Of a stretch of DNA of 64,000 nt, positions 48,960 to 60,869 are shown one piece after another. Position 1 is the stretch's first letter, and each line of letters begins with the position of its first letter. The stretch is taken from NCBI GenBank assembly GCA_048128005.1, contig JBEUKZ010000023.1, positions 372,001-436,000 of the forward strand, read 5' to 3'. Under the pieces are notes generated by a model. It was not told where the DNA came from and did no database searches. It saw only the letters and a list, made by a program, of their open reading frames with translations. The DNA is from Veleropilina oligotropha (taxonomy: Eukaryota). The translations under genes and the position numbers were made by a program.

Positions 48960-49264
48960 CAGAGTTGTGGGTGTCTGTCATTAACTCTCTCTAGTTGTAG
49001 AGTGAGTCGGTGATTTTATTACAGTAAATACCCTACCTCCAGGGGGAGGGGTGAGGGTATTGCAAGTGGCTCCGTATGTATGTATATTTCTCCTTGAGCA
49101 TATCTCAAAATCTATTTGTCCGATATACTGGTAATGTACACAAGATTGAAAGAACCGTGGCTCGGTCCTCCTCGAAGGATCGGAATCCAGATCTGTATTT
49201 TATGAAGCTAGTTCCCGTTTACTGATTTTCTGCTGTAGCATTAAAACCCTTTGTCATATCCTAC

Positions 49265-49688
49265 TGTGACCGTAGGAACGAGATGAAAAAGTCCGTCAAT
49301 CGAAAGATTCTATTTATTGCACATCAGAACATCAGAAGACATCAAATCCAAACCATACCAATCCCCCTTATGATTGTACGAACGCACTTATCTCCCAGGA
49401 CCGCACCAGAGATCGACCTCTTCCATATGACTACATCCGTGCTCTACCAATGATAGCTTCTTCTTGTTACATAATTCAAGAGTTGTCAATACATGGTTTA
49501 TAGACGGCCGCGGCAGATAGACGTGCGCCAGTTGTACGGTTCTGCTGCAGAGAGACACCGCATGGCTAAACTGGAATAAGCTGGTTTGCCAGCGAGGTTC
49601 CCTACGGGAGCCGATGCTAGCAGTGACCAGCATCGCGAGGATCTCTGCGGGATATGGCACAAAAAGCGTACCAATATCGCCTGTCACA
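49265..49688 (-). repeat. 3' LTR of the Gypsy element
   Basis: Direct repeat of 55556-55979; TG...CA ends; preceded on the minus strand by the polypurine tract. Confidence 0.97.
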
Positions 49689-49760
49689 TACTCCCCTTCT
49701 TAACTATTGCCGTCCCTGGCAATTATCAACTAATATACAATTAAAAATAACATATATACA

Positions 49761-52700
49761 CTAATTTTCTAAAGACAGGCCAGACATTATCTGGGCTAAC
49801 AAAAGTTGGGCCTTCGCCATATTAGCTAGAGTTTGTCTATCCATCGTTACTTCGACTGTGGACGCTTGCTGAACTGCAGGCTTGGGCAAGTGGTGTCGAT
49901 TTGAATGTTTTCCAGCGGTGACCCTTGTAGAATGCCGAAGTGAAACTTCATCCGTATCCGAATGTCGATCTTCAATAGTTTCCAACTTCTCCCCAGCATC
50001 TTGCTCTTCTGTGCCGTCATGACCATCGGAATCATCGAGGTCAGAAACCTCATCAACATCCTTCTGCATAGCTTCTACAGGTTCAGTCACTTGTAGGTCC
50101 ACAACTTCATCGCTATGCCTTCCTGATGTCATATCGCTAGGTTTCTCAGCCTTCTGCGAAGTTTGGTCGTCTAAGCGATCCTCATAAACTTCCCAGAAAT
50201 CCTCGTCACTTGATTCTTCAGAGCCTCGGTCATCGCTCTCCTCAGCATCGCTACAGTTCTTGATGTTTTCTTTGTATGTCGTTGGGGTGTTCATTTCTTC
50301 TGGCAACAGCTTAGACTCCAGAATATCTCTTCTATTCAGGACCTTGGATGCTCCAGTTGATTCGGTGGGTTCAACCTTATAAACATGTCCATCTTGGCCA
50401 ACTCGCTCGACTACTCGATATGGTGTTGGATCCCAAAAGTCCTGTATCTTGTTTCTTCCCTTTATTCCACGGTTACGCAGGAAAACTCTTGCACCAACTC
50501 GTAGATCTTCATCTCGAGAGTTTCTGTCAAGACGTTTCTTGCGTCGCAATACTTCCTTCTCCGTCTTCTCGGATGCATGCTTGAATGCATCCACCAGTCT
50601 CCGGTGATGTCCCGTAACCCAGTCATCAACAGTTCCTTCGTTGTCCTCTTCGAGTTCATTTTCGTTCCCCAGCAAACAATCTATGGGTAACCATGGCTCT
50701 TGACCGAAAAATAAAAAATATGGCGAATAACCAGTTGATGAATGCGGTGTCACGTTATGAGAGTAGACTACTTCAGGTAAGTACTCCAGCCACTTGCGCT
50801 TCTTATTTACAGGTAGAGTCTGAAGACGGTCGTGTAGTGTCCGATTTGTTCTCTCGCACTGACCGTTGCATTGCGGATGGTACGGCGTTGTTCTGCTCTT
50901 CTCTATTCCATATGTCTTGCAGAGTTCTTTGATCAGTGCGCTTTCGAAGTTGCGGCCTTGGTCACTATGTATGCGCCTGGGTACACCAAAACGCACGAAC
51001 CAATCGTTGACCAACACTTTAGCTGTTGTTATCGCAGTCTGGTTACGGGTGGGTATAGCCTGCACAAACTTTGTAAAAACATCTGTGAGGACGAGGACGT
51101 TCTCGAAACCACTGCTCGACTTTTCCAGTACTGTGTAGTCAACAGACAACACCTCTAGTGGTCGCTTTGCCGTGAGGCTACCAATCGTTGGGTGCAACTT
51201 CTTTCCAGCTTTAGATAGAACACACCGTTCACACCTTTCTAGATAGGCAGAAACGTCTCCACCCATCCCGGGCCAATATGCTCTGGTTAGCAGAAGAGCT
51301 AGAGTACGCTCTTTTCCTTGGTGACCATGGTCGTCATGTACTGCTTTTAGAATCTGCGTTGTCATACTTACTGGCGTTATCAACTGCTTAACCTCTTTGC
51401 CACGAACCTTGACTGTTCTGTAGAAGACTCCTTCGTTCTCTATAAGACGATGCCATGACCGCACGAGCTTACGTGTAGACTTACTCTCTTTCTTAAGTTG
51501 TCGCAGTGATGGTTGTCGTTTCGTATCCCAGAAAGTTCTCAATCGGTGGATGGATTCGTCAGCATTCTGAAGTTTCGCAAGATCGTTCCTAGAAATAGAT
51601 GGAAAAGTTGTCGTCGCTTCATCTTTAATAGGTTGTGTCGCAGACGTCACTTCTTCTAACTTCACTTCATCCGCATACTGTAAAATTCTGTTCCTTAATG
51701 TTCTGGGGATCATACCGGTTACTGGGCTCATTACTTCACAGGCCAGGGCTTCAAATCTAACAGTCTTGGGTTCATTAGGATGTTCTTCTTTACGACTAAG
51801 AGCATCAGCGTTCGCGTTGCTCTTCCCAGAACGGTACTTGACTTCGAATTGAAAGTTTGCAAGCTCGGCTGCCCATCTGGTCTCGGCTGCTCCTAACTTC
51901 AAGGTTGATTGAAGATAGCTGAGGGGATTGTTGTCTGTAAAAACAACAAACTTCGCCCCTATAAGGTAATCTCTGTATTTCTCTGTTACAGCCCACTTTA
52001 GCGCCAGGAACTCCAACTTTGTGCTCGAGTAGTTGTTCATGTTCCTTTCTGTCGGCCTTAATCCTCGACTTGCATAGCCGATAACCACATGATTTTGCTC
52101 TTGTTTCTGGGAAAGAACTGCGCCAAGCCCACAATGACTCGCATCAACTTCCAGTATGAAAGGCTGCGAAAAGTCAGGATATCCAAGGATGGGTGCAGTG
52201 GTCAAACGAGTCTTCAATGTTATAAAAGCCTGTTGACACTCATCATTCCAGTGGAATTTGATCGCGGAACGAACTTTACTGCCTTTCTTCTTAACAGGAC
52301 CTCCTGTAAGTTGATGTAAGGGTGCAGCGATCTTAGAGAAATCTTTGACAAATCTTCTATAATAACCGGCTAATCCGAGAAACTGTCTAACCTGTTTTTC
52401 CGTTCTGGGTGTTGTCCAATCCTTCACAGCCGATATCTTGTCTGGATCAGGGGAAAGTCCATCTTTCGAGACCAGATGACCCAGGTACCTTGATCTCGTA
52501 TGAAATAGTTGACATTTCTTCGGCTTGATCTTCAGGTTGAATTTTCTTAGCCTGGTAAGCACCATGTCCAACCTGTCAATGGTTTCTTCGAAAGAAGATC
52601 CAAATACCAATATATCATCCATGTAAGTGAGTAACGTTTGGAAATTCTGGTCGCCAAACGCTTTGTCCATGAGACGCATGAATGTCGCAGGTGCATTAGA

Positions 52701-54137
52701 CAGTCCAAAGGGCATTCTAATAAACTCGTAGAGTCCACCCGTTCCTGGACGAAAAGCAGTTTTCTCCCGATCTTGCGCTGCCACAGCCACCTGATGGAAA
52801 CCTTGAGCTAGGTCCAAACTGCAAAAATACTGTGCACCTTTTAGCACATCGAGTGCCTCTTCAATTCTTGGCAGAGGATAAGCATCCTTATAGGTCTTGG
52901 CATTAAGCACCCGGTAGTCTACGCACATTCGCAAACTTCCATCTTTTTTCTTCACCATCACGACTGGCGATGCGTAGGCGCTGAATGACTCTCGAATGAT
53001 ACCCATTTCTAACGACTTCTTAATCTGCTCCCTCACTTCTTCCCAGTGATGAGGCGGGACACGGCGATGAGGAACTTTAATTGGTTGATCGTCGATTGTT
53101 ATTATTCGGTGTTCGACTGCGTCACACTTATCAATGTCGTCATCAGATCTACTGAAAGTATCCTGATTCTTCGCTAGCAGGTCCATCAACTTCTGCCGTT
53201 GATCATCATCCATCTCGGAACCAATGTCCATCTTGGATACTAACCTTTCCAGGTCGGACGTCGTAGAATCACCCATGCCAACTTCTTCAAGTCGTACTTC
53301 GCAAAAAACGGTGTCATGCCATTCCATCGTCCGCCCAGATGCATCTTCGAGCACGGCAACTGGGGTTTTCGGATTCAAGTAGATGTCTTCATCCCCCAAA
53401 TTGGCCATTTGTATGGGTATTCTACCGGACGGACCAACCGTCACCAAAGTTCTACCTGACATTATGCCTGAAGGTAAAGAGTGCGCGTGGACATCATGTC
53501 GTTCAATAAGTGCCTGATAAGTTCTCCCACTACCTGCTGGTTTTACTGTGGCTTCTATGACTTTGATAGACCTGGCTGGTAGGAGTACAGGGCCTCTTCC
53601 AGCAACTCTAACTCGGCTGACTGGCAATTTCTTGTTTTGGACTATGTCAATTTCTTGAACTAATGATAGGACACTAGACCAGTGTACGGAATCATTACCA
53701 ACGTCAACATTCGATACATCGGTTTGAGTTTTCTTTATTAATCGCAGTATATTACACCCTATTACGCCTGGAACATGTTGTTTTCGATCTCTTAACGCTC
53801 CTCTAACAGGATCTTTGACGATAAGGAATCCCATATTCGGAAAGACCTTTCCAAAAGCTATCAAATCTAATTCTACATATCCTAAATAAGGAATTTCCAG
53901 ACCATGCGCTCCTGTTATTCTGATGAACGAAGAAACGTCTTTAAGTTCTCCATCGTTCGCCAGATTATTTCGGAAGAATGACTCTGTTATTGTAGAAACT
54001 TGGGCTCCTGTGTCAAGCAGACATCGAACGGATTGAGGGCCAATTTGCACCGTCATCTCGGGACATTCTCCAACGGCCTTATCCATCCATGAGCCTTTTG
54101 ATACGCTTTCATTCAGGCCTGCTGTGTGGCTCTCCAC
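49761..54137 (-). CDS. pol: Gypsy pol polyprotein (protease, RT, RNase H, integrase), 1458-aa open frame
   Basis: LLDTGAQVS (protease); YASPVVMVKKKDGSLRMCVDYR, MPFGLSNAPATF and YMDDILVF (RT); VDAS..GLGAVL and TDNNPL (RNase H); HDDHGHQG...CERC and D..HSDQG..E (integrase). Lies in the -1 frame relative to gag, so the listed GTG start is probably not the true start. Confidence 0.95.
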   Translation of the reverse strand: MESHTAGLNESVSKGSWMDKAVGECPEMTVQIGPQSVRCLLDTGAQVSTITESFFRNNLANDGELKDVSSFIRITGAHGLEIPYLGYVELDLIAFGKVFPNMGFLIVKDPVRGALRDRKQHVPGVIGCNILRLIKKTQTDVSNVDVGNDSVHWSSVLSLVQEIDIVQNKKLPVSRVRVAGRGPVLLPARSIKVIEATVKPAGSGRTYQALIERHDVHAHSLPSGIMSGRTLVTVGPSGRIPIQMANLGDEDIYLNPKTPVAVLEDASGRTMEWHDTVFCEVRLEEVGMGDSTTSDLERLVSKMDIGSEMDDDQRQKLMDLLAKNQDTFSRSDDDIDKCDAVEHRIITIDDQPIKVPHRRVPPHHWEEVREQIKKSLEMGIIRESFSAYASPVVMVKKKDGSLRMCVDYRVLNAKTYKDAYPLPRIEEALDVLKGAQYFCSLDLAQGFHQVAVAAQDREKTAFRPGTGGLYEFIRMPFGLSNAPATFMRLMDKAFGDQNFQTLLTYMDDILVFGSSFEETIDRLDMVLTRLRKFNLKIKPKKCQLFHTRSRYLGHLVSKDGLSPDPDKISAVKDWTTPRTEKQVRQFLGLAGYYRRFVKDFSKIAAPLHQLTGGPVKKKGSKVRSAIKFHWNDECQQAFITLKTRLTTAPILGYPDFSQPFILEVDASHCGLGAVLSQKQEQNHVVIGYASRGLRPTERNMNNYSSTKLEFLALKWAVTEKYRDYLIGAKFVVFTDNNPLSYLQSTLKLGAAETRWAAELANFQFEVKYRSGKSNANADALSRKEEHPNEPKTVRFEALACEVMSPVTGMIPRTLRNRILQYADEVKLEEVTSATQPIKDEATTTFPSISRNDLAKLQNADESIHRLRTFWDTKRQPSLRQLKKESKSTRKLVRSWHRLIENEGVFYRTVKVRGKEVKQLITPVSMTTQILKAVHDDHGHQGKERTLALLLTRAYWPGMGGDVSAYLERCERCVLSKAGKKLHPTIGSLTAKRPLEVLSVDYTVLEKSSSGFENVLVLTDVFTKFVQAIPTRNQTAITTAKVLVNDWFVRFGVPRRIHSDQGRNFESALIKELCKTYGIEKSRTTPYHPQCNGQCERTNRTLHDRLQTLPVNKKRKWLEYLPEVVYSHNVTPHSSTGYSPYFLFFGQEPWLPIDCLLGNENELEEDNEGTVDDWVTGHHRRLVDAFKHASEKTEKEVLRRKKRLDRNSRDEDLRVGARVFLRNRGIKGRNKIQDFWDPTPYRVVERVGQDGHVYKVEPTESTGASKVLNRRDILESKLLPEEMNTPTTYKENIKNCSDAEESDDRGSEESSDEDFWEVYEDRLDDQTSQKAEKPSDMTSGRHSDEVVDLQVTEPVEAMQKDVDEVSDLDDSDGHDGTEEQDAGEKLETIEDRHSDTDEVSLRHSTRVTAGKHSNRHHLPKPAVQQASTVEVTMDRQTLANMAKAQLLLAQIMSGLSLEN

Positions 54138-54148
54138 AGCAGGCGATC

Positions 54149-55081
54149 CTAGTTTGACGTCTGTGACTTGCCCTCAGCATGGGGTCAGTCCCTCTTCATG
54201 TGCTCTGTAGATCTGCAAACGTAACATCTACGTTGGAACGACGGTTTCGGTCTGTCTTTCATCGCGGAAAGGATTTGATTGATTTGGTCTTGCTGTGCGG
54301 CAATCTGGTCCGACTGCTTCTTAACCAAATCAACCAATTGACGATTTTCCGTAGACACTTCTTGGACAACTGTTTCTTTCATTTTCCGACTCGTTGGCTT
54401 GGTTGAGGTGCCCAACCACTGAATTGCTCGATCACGTACCTCGAAGAATGATGTATCAGGCGCCTCCTCGTTCAATCGTCTGATTTCCCTCTGTAAATTC
54501 TCGTCTTGTACAGCCTGGGCAAGACGACCTTTCAACGTTTTCTCTCGTGAGTCTAAAAAGTTTGGGTCAAGGGCGGTAATTCGATCGAATAAATCAACTA
54601 GCTCGAGAGAAACGGTGACAATGGCCTGCGAGTCGAGTTGTTTAAAAGAGAAGAACCTCTCCTGTAACTTTGGGAGAGAATCTCCATCACCAAATACCTT
54701 GGACAGCACCGTGAATATTATTTCCGGATCTTTGGAAATGGTTTTGCCGCGTCCATTTATCTCCCGGCGGGCTTTTCATATAAGGTGCTCCACAATAAAC
54801 GCCGCCTGTTCCTGCTTATTCAAGTGACGGGTAGCTAGATGTGATCTTACCTCATTCACCCATTCGTCGACTGTCATTTCTGACGACTTCTCTGGCCTGT
54901 CCCTAAAACGTTCTAACTTCCTAGCGTTATTCACCATAATAGGCCGAACAACTTGGGTAGCATTGTGTTCTTGGCGGTTAACTTCACTCACCGCAACCCT
55001 TGCGTCTTCTTCTGCTACTTTCAGCTTCAGTTCCATTTCCTGTAACTTCTTCTGCAGCTCACCAATTTCCACCGACGCCAT
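54149..55081 (-). pseudogene. gag: Gypsy gag with two in-frame TGA codons
   Basis: One reading frame from ATG 55081 to TAG 54149, interrupted by TGA at 54778-54776 (EHLI*KARREI) and at 54187-54185 (CYVCRSTEHMKRD*P, the last Cys of the CCHC knuckle). Confidence 0.85.
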
Positions 55082-55555
55082 GACGGATCGTGAATAAGTC
55101 GTTAATTAGTCATACACAGTAAGATATTATACAAGTAGCAACCATACCAAATGTACTACACTGACTAATATAATATTAAAATAACGCATTTTCCATTCGT
55201 ACCATATAATTTACAAAATATCGACATTAATAATACAACTAAGAACACTATCTCTCTATCTACCAGACTCGCAAACTAATGATGACATTGATGAGACGCA
55301 TCAATCATCAGAAAGGTTCAGAGATATCGCTGTGATACAACAATCCGCAAAAGAGCTCTGTACTTTTACAACTGCATTTAGTAATTAATTAAAACGCCAA
55401 CGTTATCAATCGATTGTTCATTTCCACTGGAAAATTAATAGCGATTCAATAAGTCTATATACAACAAATCCCTTTTCACCATCAGAAGGGGGAAAGTCCT
55501 CTTTTCTTCCATGATTTCCGAATAGCGACGAGCGTATCCTGTCGGCGACGCCAAA

Positions 55556-55979
55556 TGTGACCGTAGGAACGAGATGAAAAAGTCCGTCAATCGAAAGATT
55601 CTATTTATTGCACATCAGAACATCAGAAGACATCAAATCCAAACCATACCAATCCCCCTTATGATTGTACGAACGCACTTATCTCCCAGGACCGCACCAG
55701 AGATCGACCTCTTCCATATGACTACATCCGTGCTCTACCAATGATAGCTTCTTCTTGTTACATAATTCAAGAGTTGTCAATACATGGTTTATAGACGGCC
55801 GCGGCAGATAGACGTGCGCCAGTTGTACGGTTCTGCTGCAGAGAGACACCGCATGGCTAAACTGGAATAAGCTGGTTTGCCAGCGAGGTTCCCTACGGGA
55901 GCCGATGCTAGCAGTGACCAGCATCGCGAGGATCTCTGCGGGATATGGCACAAAAAGCGTACCAATATCGCCTGTCACA
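55556..55979 (-). repeat. 5' LTR of the Gypsy element
   Basis: Identical to 49265-49688; followed on the minus strand by the primer-binding site. Confidence 0.97.
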
Positions 55980-57939
55980 CTACTATCTTTAAATTGGGGT
56001 CAAAATGTTCATAAGCTCACTGGACAATGACATGGTGAATTATCTGGGTTCAAATTCTGCATTAAATAAGAGGGGGGGGGGGGAAAGAAGTGGTAAAATT
56101 GATGAAAAAGTCACACTTTTTAGTTTCAAATGGAATTAATAATTTTTCGAAATTAAATGTATTTCCTGTTCAAAATCAGGATCCGGATATTATGACACCA
56201 TATCGCTTTTTAATATTACTGTTCTAATGGGAAAACTAATAGTTGTAAAGATGTCTGGCTTTCACCATCATGTTCCTTGTCACCTGGGCGAGGGTTTGCA
56301 ATCTCAGATTGTCTTGTTTATTGAAGTGTGATATTTGTTGCTTTGAAATTTTGATCAGCATAATGTTTTCATGTTGTATACTTTGCATCAAGTTTTCATG
56401 ATTTTTAAGAGTTATTGCATAAAACAAATTTAGTGCAATGTATAATATCAGGATATATATATACATATAATATGAAACATGCATTTATGTAAGGTAAATC
56501 TGTGGTGTGTTATTTTATTGTATGATCAGTGTGTTTTTGTTATATTAATGTCTTTGTTATGTGACTGAACAATTTTTATGACCAAGTGGTTATGATGCGG
56601 GGCCACACAGCCAAAACCCCGAATTCAATCATTTTTTTAAGTACATGGTATTATTCTGCATTGCACACAGCATCAACCATCTGATCGGATAGAGATGTTA
56701 AAACAAGTGTCTCGGCTACAATATGACTGGAAATTTGGATAAATGTGTGTAAAGTATCAAATGAATACTTTGTCTATGGCATAATTTACACACACACAAG
56801 CATGCACCCACATATATATTAAATATTATACATGTAATTATATGTTTTGTTGTTGTATAGCGATTGTTTTTTGCATATTTTATAAAGATGATATATTTTG
56901 CACATTTTCACATGAAAATTGTTTCTTTACCTCAGTTGTTTTGTAAAAATTTTCAAACATTAAACTGTCCCTGATAGCTCAACTCAAAAAGCACCAGAGA
57001 AAAATCTTAATTGGGACGAGAGGATGTTGGTTAAATTTATTCAAAAGCTTAAAACTAATAGCAAGTTACCCTTTTTCGAAAAAAGACTTTAAACCCAAAT
57101 TCAGACTGATTGTCATATTGTGGTCATAAATTGAAAACTAACAATTTCATCATTTCTTCAAGAAACATTGAATGGATGTTTTGGACAATAAAATCTAACG
57201 ATAATGCTGACATGTCCTAGTATGATTGTTAAAAACAGGACATTAAGCATCGATCAAAACTAAGCCATCTGGAGCATGCTGAATAACAGGATGCATTTGC
57301 TCACTGCACAGACGCAAAGTAGCTGTGTTCAATCCCAGACAGCCGCCTCAGTGTGATCTCGAGTGTGGAATACCATGGTCTCGAGTGCCGACTCTGAAAT
57401 CATTTGTTCGATTGCACTAGCCTAATTAACAGGAATCAGTTCGAATCTCGGCAGCGGCATTAACGTTCTTTGTTCAGTTATCATTACCAGTTGGCCGGAG
57501 AGGACGGGTTTCCCCCCGGCGACTGGGCTTTCCTCCCGCAATATTTAATATGGACATGTCCTGCCTTGAACCTGATGGTTGTAAATATACAGGACATGAA
57601 GAATCGATCCATCCCATCAAAAATAAGAAGTGATGTTGTCAAATACTAATTTTACATGATACTCTGGGCAACTAATCCCTTCAAAGTAAAAGAATAAATG
57701 AAATTATACTGTGATATGGTATATATGTGTCATTACAAAACACAATTTCTTTATGTGATTATAGAATGAGTCTGAGGATATTACTATTAGTTGAGACTTT
57801 GGATAAATAAATTGACTGAATGTCACTCTTTGTTATTTGGTAATTCCAAGGATTAACCTAATCATATATCAGTAAGAGAGAATTGTCAGTTCCTCAATTG
57901 CCTCCGAATATATCAATGGTTGCAAAGCTGCCGCACCGG

Positions 57940-58543
57940 CTGCCGAGTGGATTCCCAATTCACTCACGTCACTGCTCTGCCAAACAGGAGTCGATTCTCA
58001 ATTCACTGGCGTCACTGCTCTGCCAAGCAGGCGTGGATTCTCAATTCACTGGCGTCACTGCTCTGCCAAGAAGGAGTGGATTCTCAATTCACTGGCATCA
58101 CTGCTCTGCCAAGCAGGCGTGGATTCTCAATTCACTGGCGTCACTGCTCTGACAAACATGAGTGGATTCTCAATTCACTGGCATCACTGCTCTGCCAAGC
58201 AGGCGTGGAGCGTCACTGCTCTGCCAAGCAGGAGTGGATTCTCAATTCACTGGCGTCACTGCTCTGCCCAGCAGGAGTCGATTCCCAATTCACTGGCGTC
58301 ACTGCTCTGCCAAACAGAAGTGGATTCTCAATTCACTGGCGTCACTGCTCTGCCAAACAGAAGTGGATTCTTAATTCACTGGCGTCACTGCTCTGCCAAG
58401 CAGGAGTGGATTCTCAATTCACTGGCGTCACTGTTCTGCCGAGCATAAGTGGATTCTTAATTCACTCACGTCACTGTTCTGCCAAGCAGGAGTGGATTCT
58501 TAATTCACTGGCATCACTGCTCTGCCAAGCAGGCGTGGATTCA
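57940..58543. repeat. 43-bp minisatellite, ~14 units
   Basis: Unit CAATTCACTGGCGTCACTGCTCTGCCAAGCAGGAGTGGATTCT. Confidence 0.92.
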
Positions 58544-58630
58544 AATCTTTGGCAGGACACGTTTTTCAGTTGACAGTCACAGTTGCCCATAACTGACGAG
58601 TGCAGGTTTTCCTGGGTGATCACGTTTCCT

Positions 58631-58885
58631 GGCCACTTCGGCAGCGCAGTGGGTGGAGTGTCCACTCTAAATTCACTGGCTTGATTCCGCTAATGCGAAG
58701 ATTAGTGGGTTCAATACCTGGCTGAGGCATTGAAATTTGTTCAAGTTATGAATCACAGTTGTCCGCGACTGGCCGAAGAGGGCGGGTTTACCCGGGCGAC
58801 CGGGGTTTCCTCCCGCGATAACATGGACATGTCTTGCCTTGAACCTCGATGTTGTAAATATACAGGACATTAAGCATCATTCCCC
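58631..58885 (+). mobile_element. tRNA-derived SINE family A, full length
   Basis: Same sequence as 38576. Older, diverged relatives occur at ~7740-7915, ~18590-18805, ~35335-35580 (minus) and ~57390-57615. Confidence 0.85.
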
Positions 58886-60869
58886 CATTCCTCAAGGTTT
58901 CCTACTGCAGTAATATGGACATGTACTAGTATGAACCTGAAGTTCAGGACATCGATCCAAAACACACCAAACCAAGAACTATTACATCAATGAATAAATT
59001 GACATAATATCACACTTTATGGCTTGATAATTCAGGGATTTACTTGATCATATGTAAATAATGAGAATTGAGAGTTCCTCATGTCTTCTAACCGACTGAA
59101 AGGTTATAAAACATCGCCATTGCATATCACGGGTTTGAATTTTGCTTGAGGTTATAATAAAATGAGCTTTAACACAGAAACAACAAACTTGGAACCAGCA
59201 AATAAATCAATAAGTATTAATAATATAGAATTTATTGGAATTCAAAATATATCATATATGCATATATCTTGAACCTTGGAATTTTTGCTATATACTATCA
59301 TTCGTAGAATATACAAGTTATGTACATGGGTTTCATTCAAACATTCCACTAAAAAGGCTAAAATATTTATATTCATTTAATAAATTTGTTAGTTATCAAA
59401 AATTTGCTTCAAATAATGACACGTACATTATAAAAATAAATGCAATTTAAAATTGTCTATTTCTAACAATTGTCATCAGAACATGTATGTATAATAAATA
59501 CAATTTGTTCCTACGTTAGTTGTCAGGTTAGATAATAAACATTTATTAATATTGGTGTTTGTATGGTATGTTAATATGTATGCATCATGAAATATATACC
59601 TGCTTGCATATGTGTGAATAAATGTGGATGTTTGCATTACAGTATGTATGTTTGTTATGTTATATAGCGGTCAGTGCTAGTATCAGTTTCTTCAGCAAAT
59701 TATTGATGTTTGAAACATTCTGAGCATTAAAATGTAAGCAAAGATTATCATTAATGGTGTTGATTCTTTTTGTTGGTATTATATTTATCGACTTTTAAAC
59801 TAATATTCACAACCTCAATGCTAGAAGATATACTTGATGTATATACATGTACATGCACATTTGTGCCATCTTAAGATATTGTTAGAGCTCGAATCTTGTC
59901 GCAGCTATTTCCTTAAGTCCAGGAAATAATATTTGTGCTTTGATTTTCCAGACCTAGATAATATTGGGACTCTGCGAGTCATGGCGCATAATGTATTGAC
60001 CGAATCACTTTCAGAGTGATGTGAGGTGGCATATCGAGTGAAGACTGTATAAACAGGGGCGAGTAATTGTCAGAAGAATCCGATATGCTCCTCACTTGTA
60101 TAAAACTTCTAAACCTGCTCTGTTATTTATAAAGAAACAATTGGTTGTGGATATTATGTATGCAGTCCGTGAAATTGATTAATTGACTTTCCAGCTACCA
60201 TTGTCATTAACCTACATTTTCGGTGGTTTGGTCACAATATTTAACACTGATAGATTACTTACTAGATTATACATTATTAAATTAAAATCTTACCTGACAT
60301 GTAGTAAATCCAGGAGACTTTAATTTAATCATTACATGTAATTGGCAATATTTATGAAATACAAAAAACATACCTATCTAATATATATTAAATGACACAA
60401 TTTCATATTTATATATAAACATACACAATATTTGTTGATGAGCACGCAATAAAAATATCAAATGCTAATTATTTAATGCATATTAAATAAAAAGCCCTCC
60501 TTGTGTGTTGAACTTGGATTTCAATAGAACATATAACCTGCCTGTTTTATAGAAAGGTTCACAGACATGATTTATGATATTATATATATACATACTATAT
60601 ATACCAGACATGTCCAGGAGATGTCTTAACAAAATGTTAGCGTCACGGTAAAATATGCTTATGGCATCTCTTCAAAAGCAACCATGAAAATTACAAGAAT
60701 ATCTTAGAATTGCATACAACATATTATAGAAAATAATTTCTGGACATTACGTCAAGAGATCACAAAATTTAATAGTTATAAAATTTAGATTGTTGGTTAT
60801 GTGGACAGCAGTGGAATTCATATCTCTGCGTTGTTGGTAACGTCTTCAGCAGTATAAGTTATCTCCCCT

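Larger units (their letters stand above)
49265..55979 (-). mobile_element. Full-length Ty3/Gypsy LTR retrotransposon
   Basis: Two 424-bp LTRs (TGTGAC...GTCACA), identical by eye. 4-bp TSD CTAC. Primer-binding site TGGCGTCGCCGACAGGAT next to the 5' LTR (tRNA-Ser-like). Polypurine tract AGAAGGGGAG next to the 3' LTR. Gag followed by PR-RT-RH-IN. Confidence 0.97.

Noticed and set aside
49388..49687. 99-aa ORF duplicated at 55679-55978
   Set aside because: It lies entirely within the LTRs, starts at GTG and has no recognisable motif.
54185..54187. Selenocysteine at the gag zinc-knuckle UGA
   Set aside because: I could not identify a SECIS element by eye, and the other UGA is at a Gly-type position; kept only as the general read-through hypothesis.
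57883..58573. Cys/His-rich repetitive protein (217 aa and overlapping ORFs)
   Set aside because: The 43-bp unit happens to lack stops in all three plus frames; there is no convincing start, splice context or domain.
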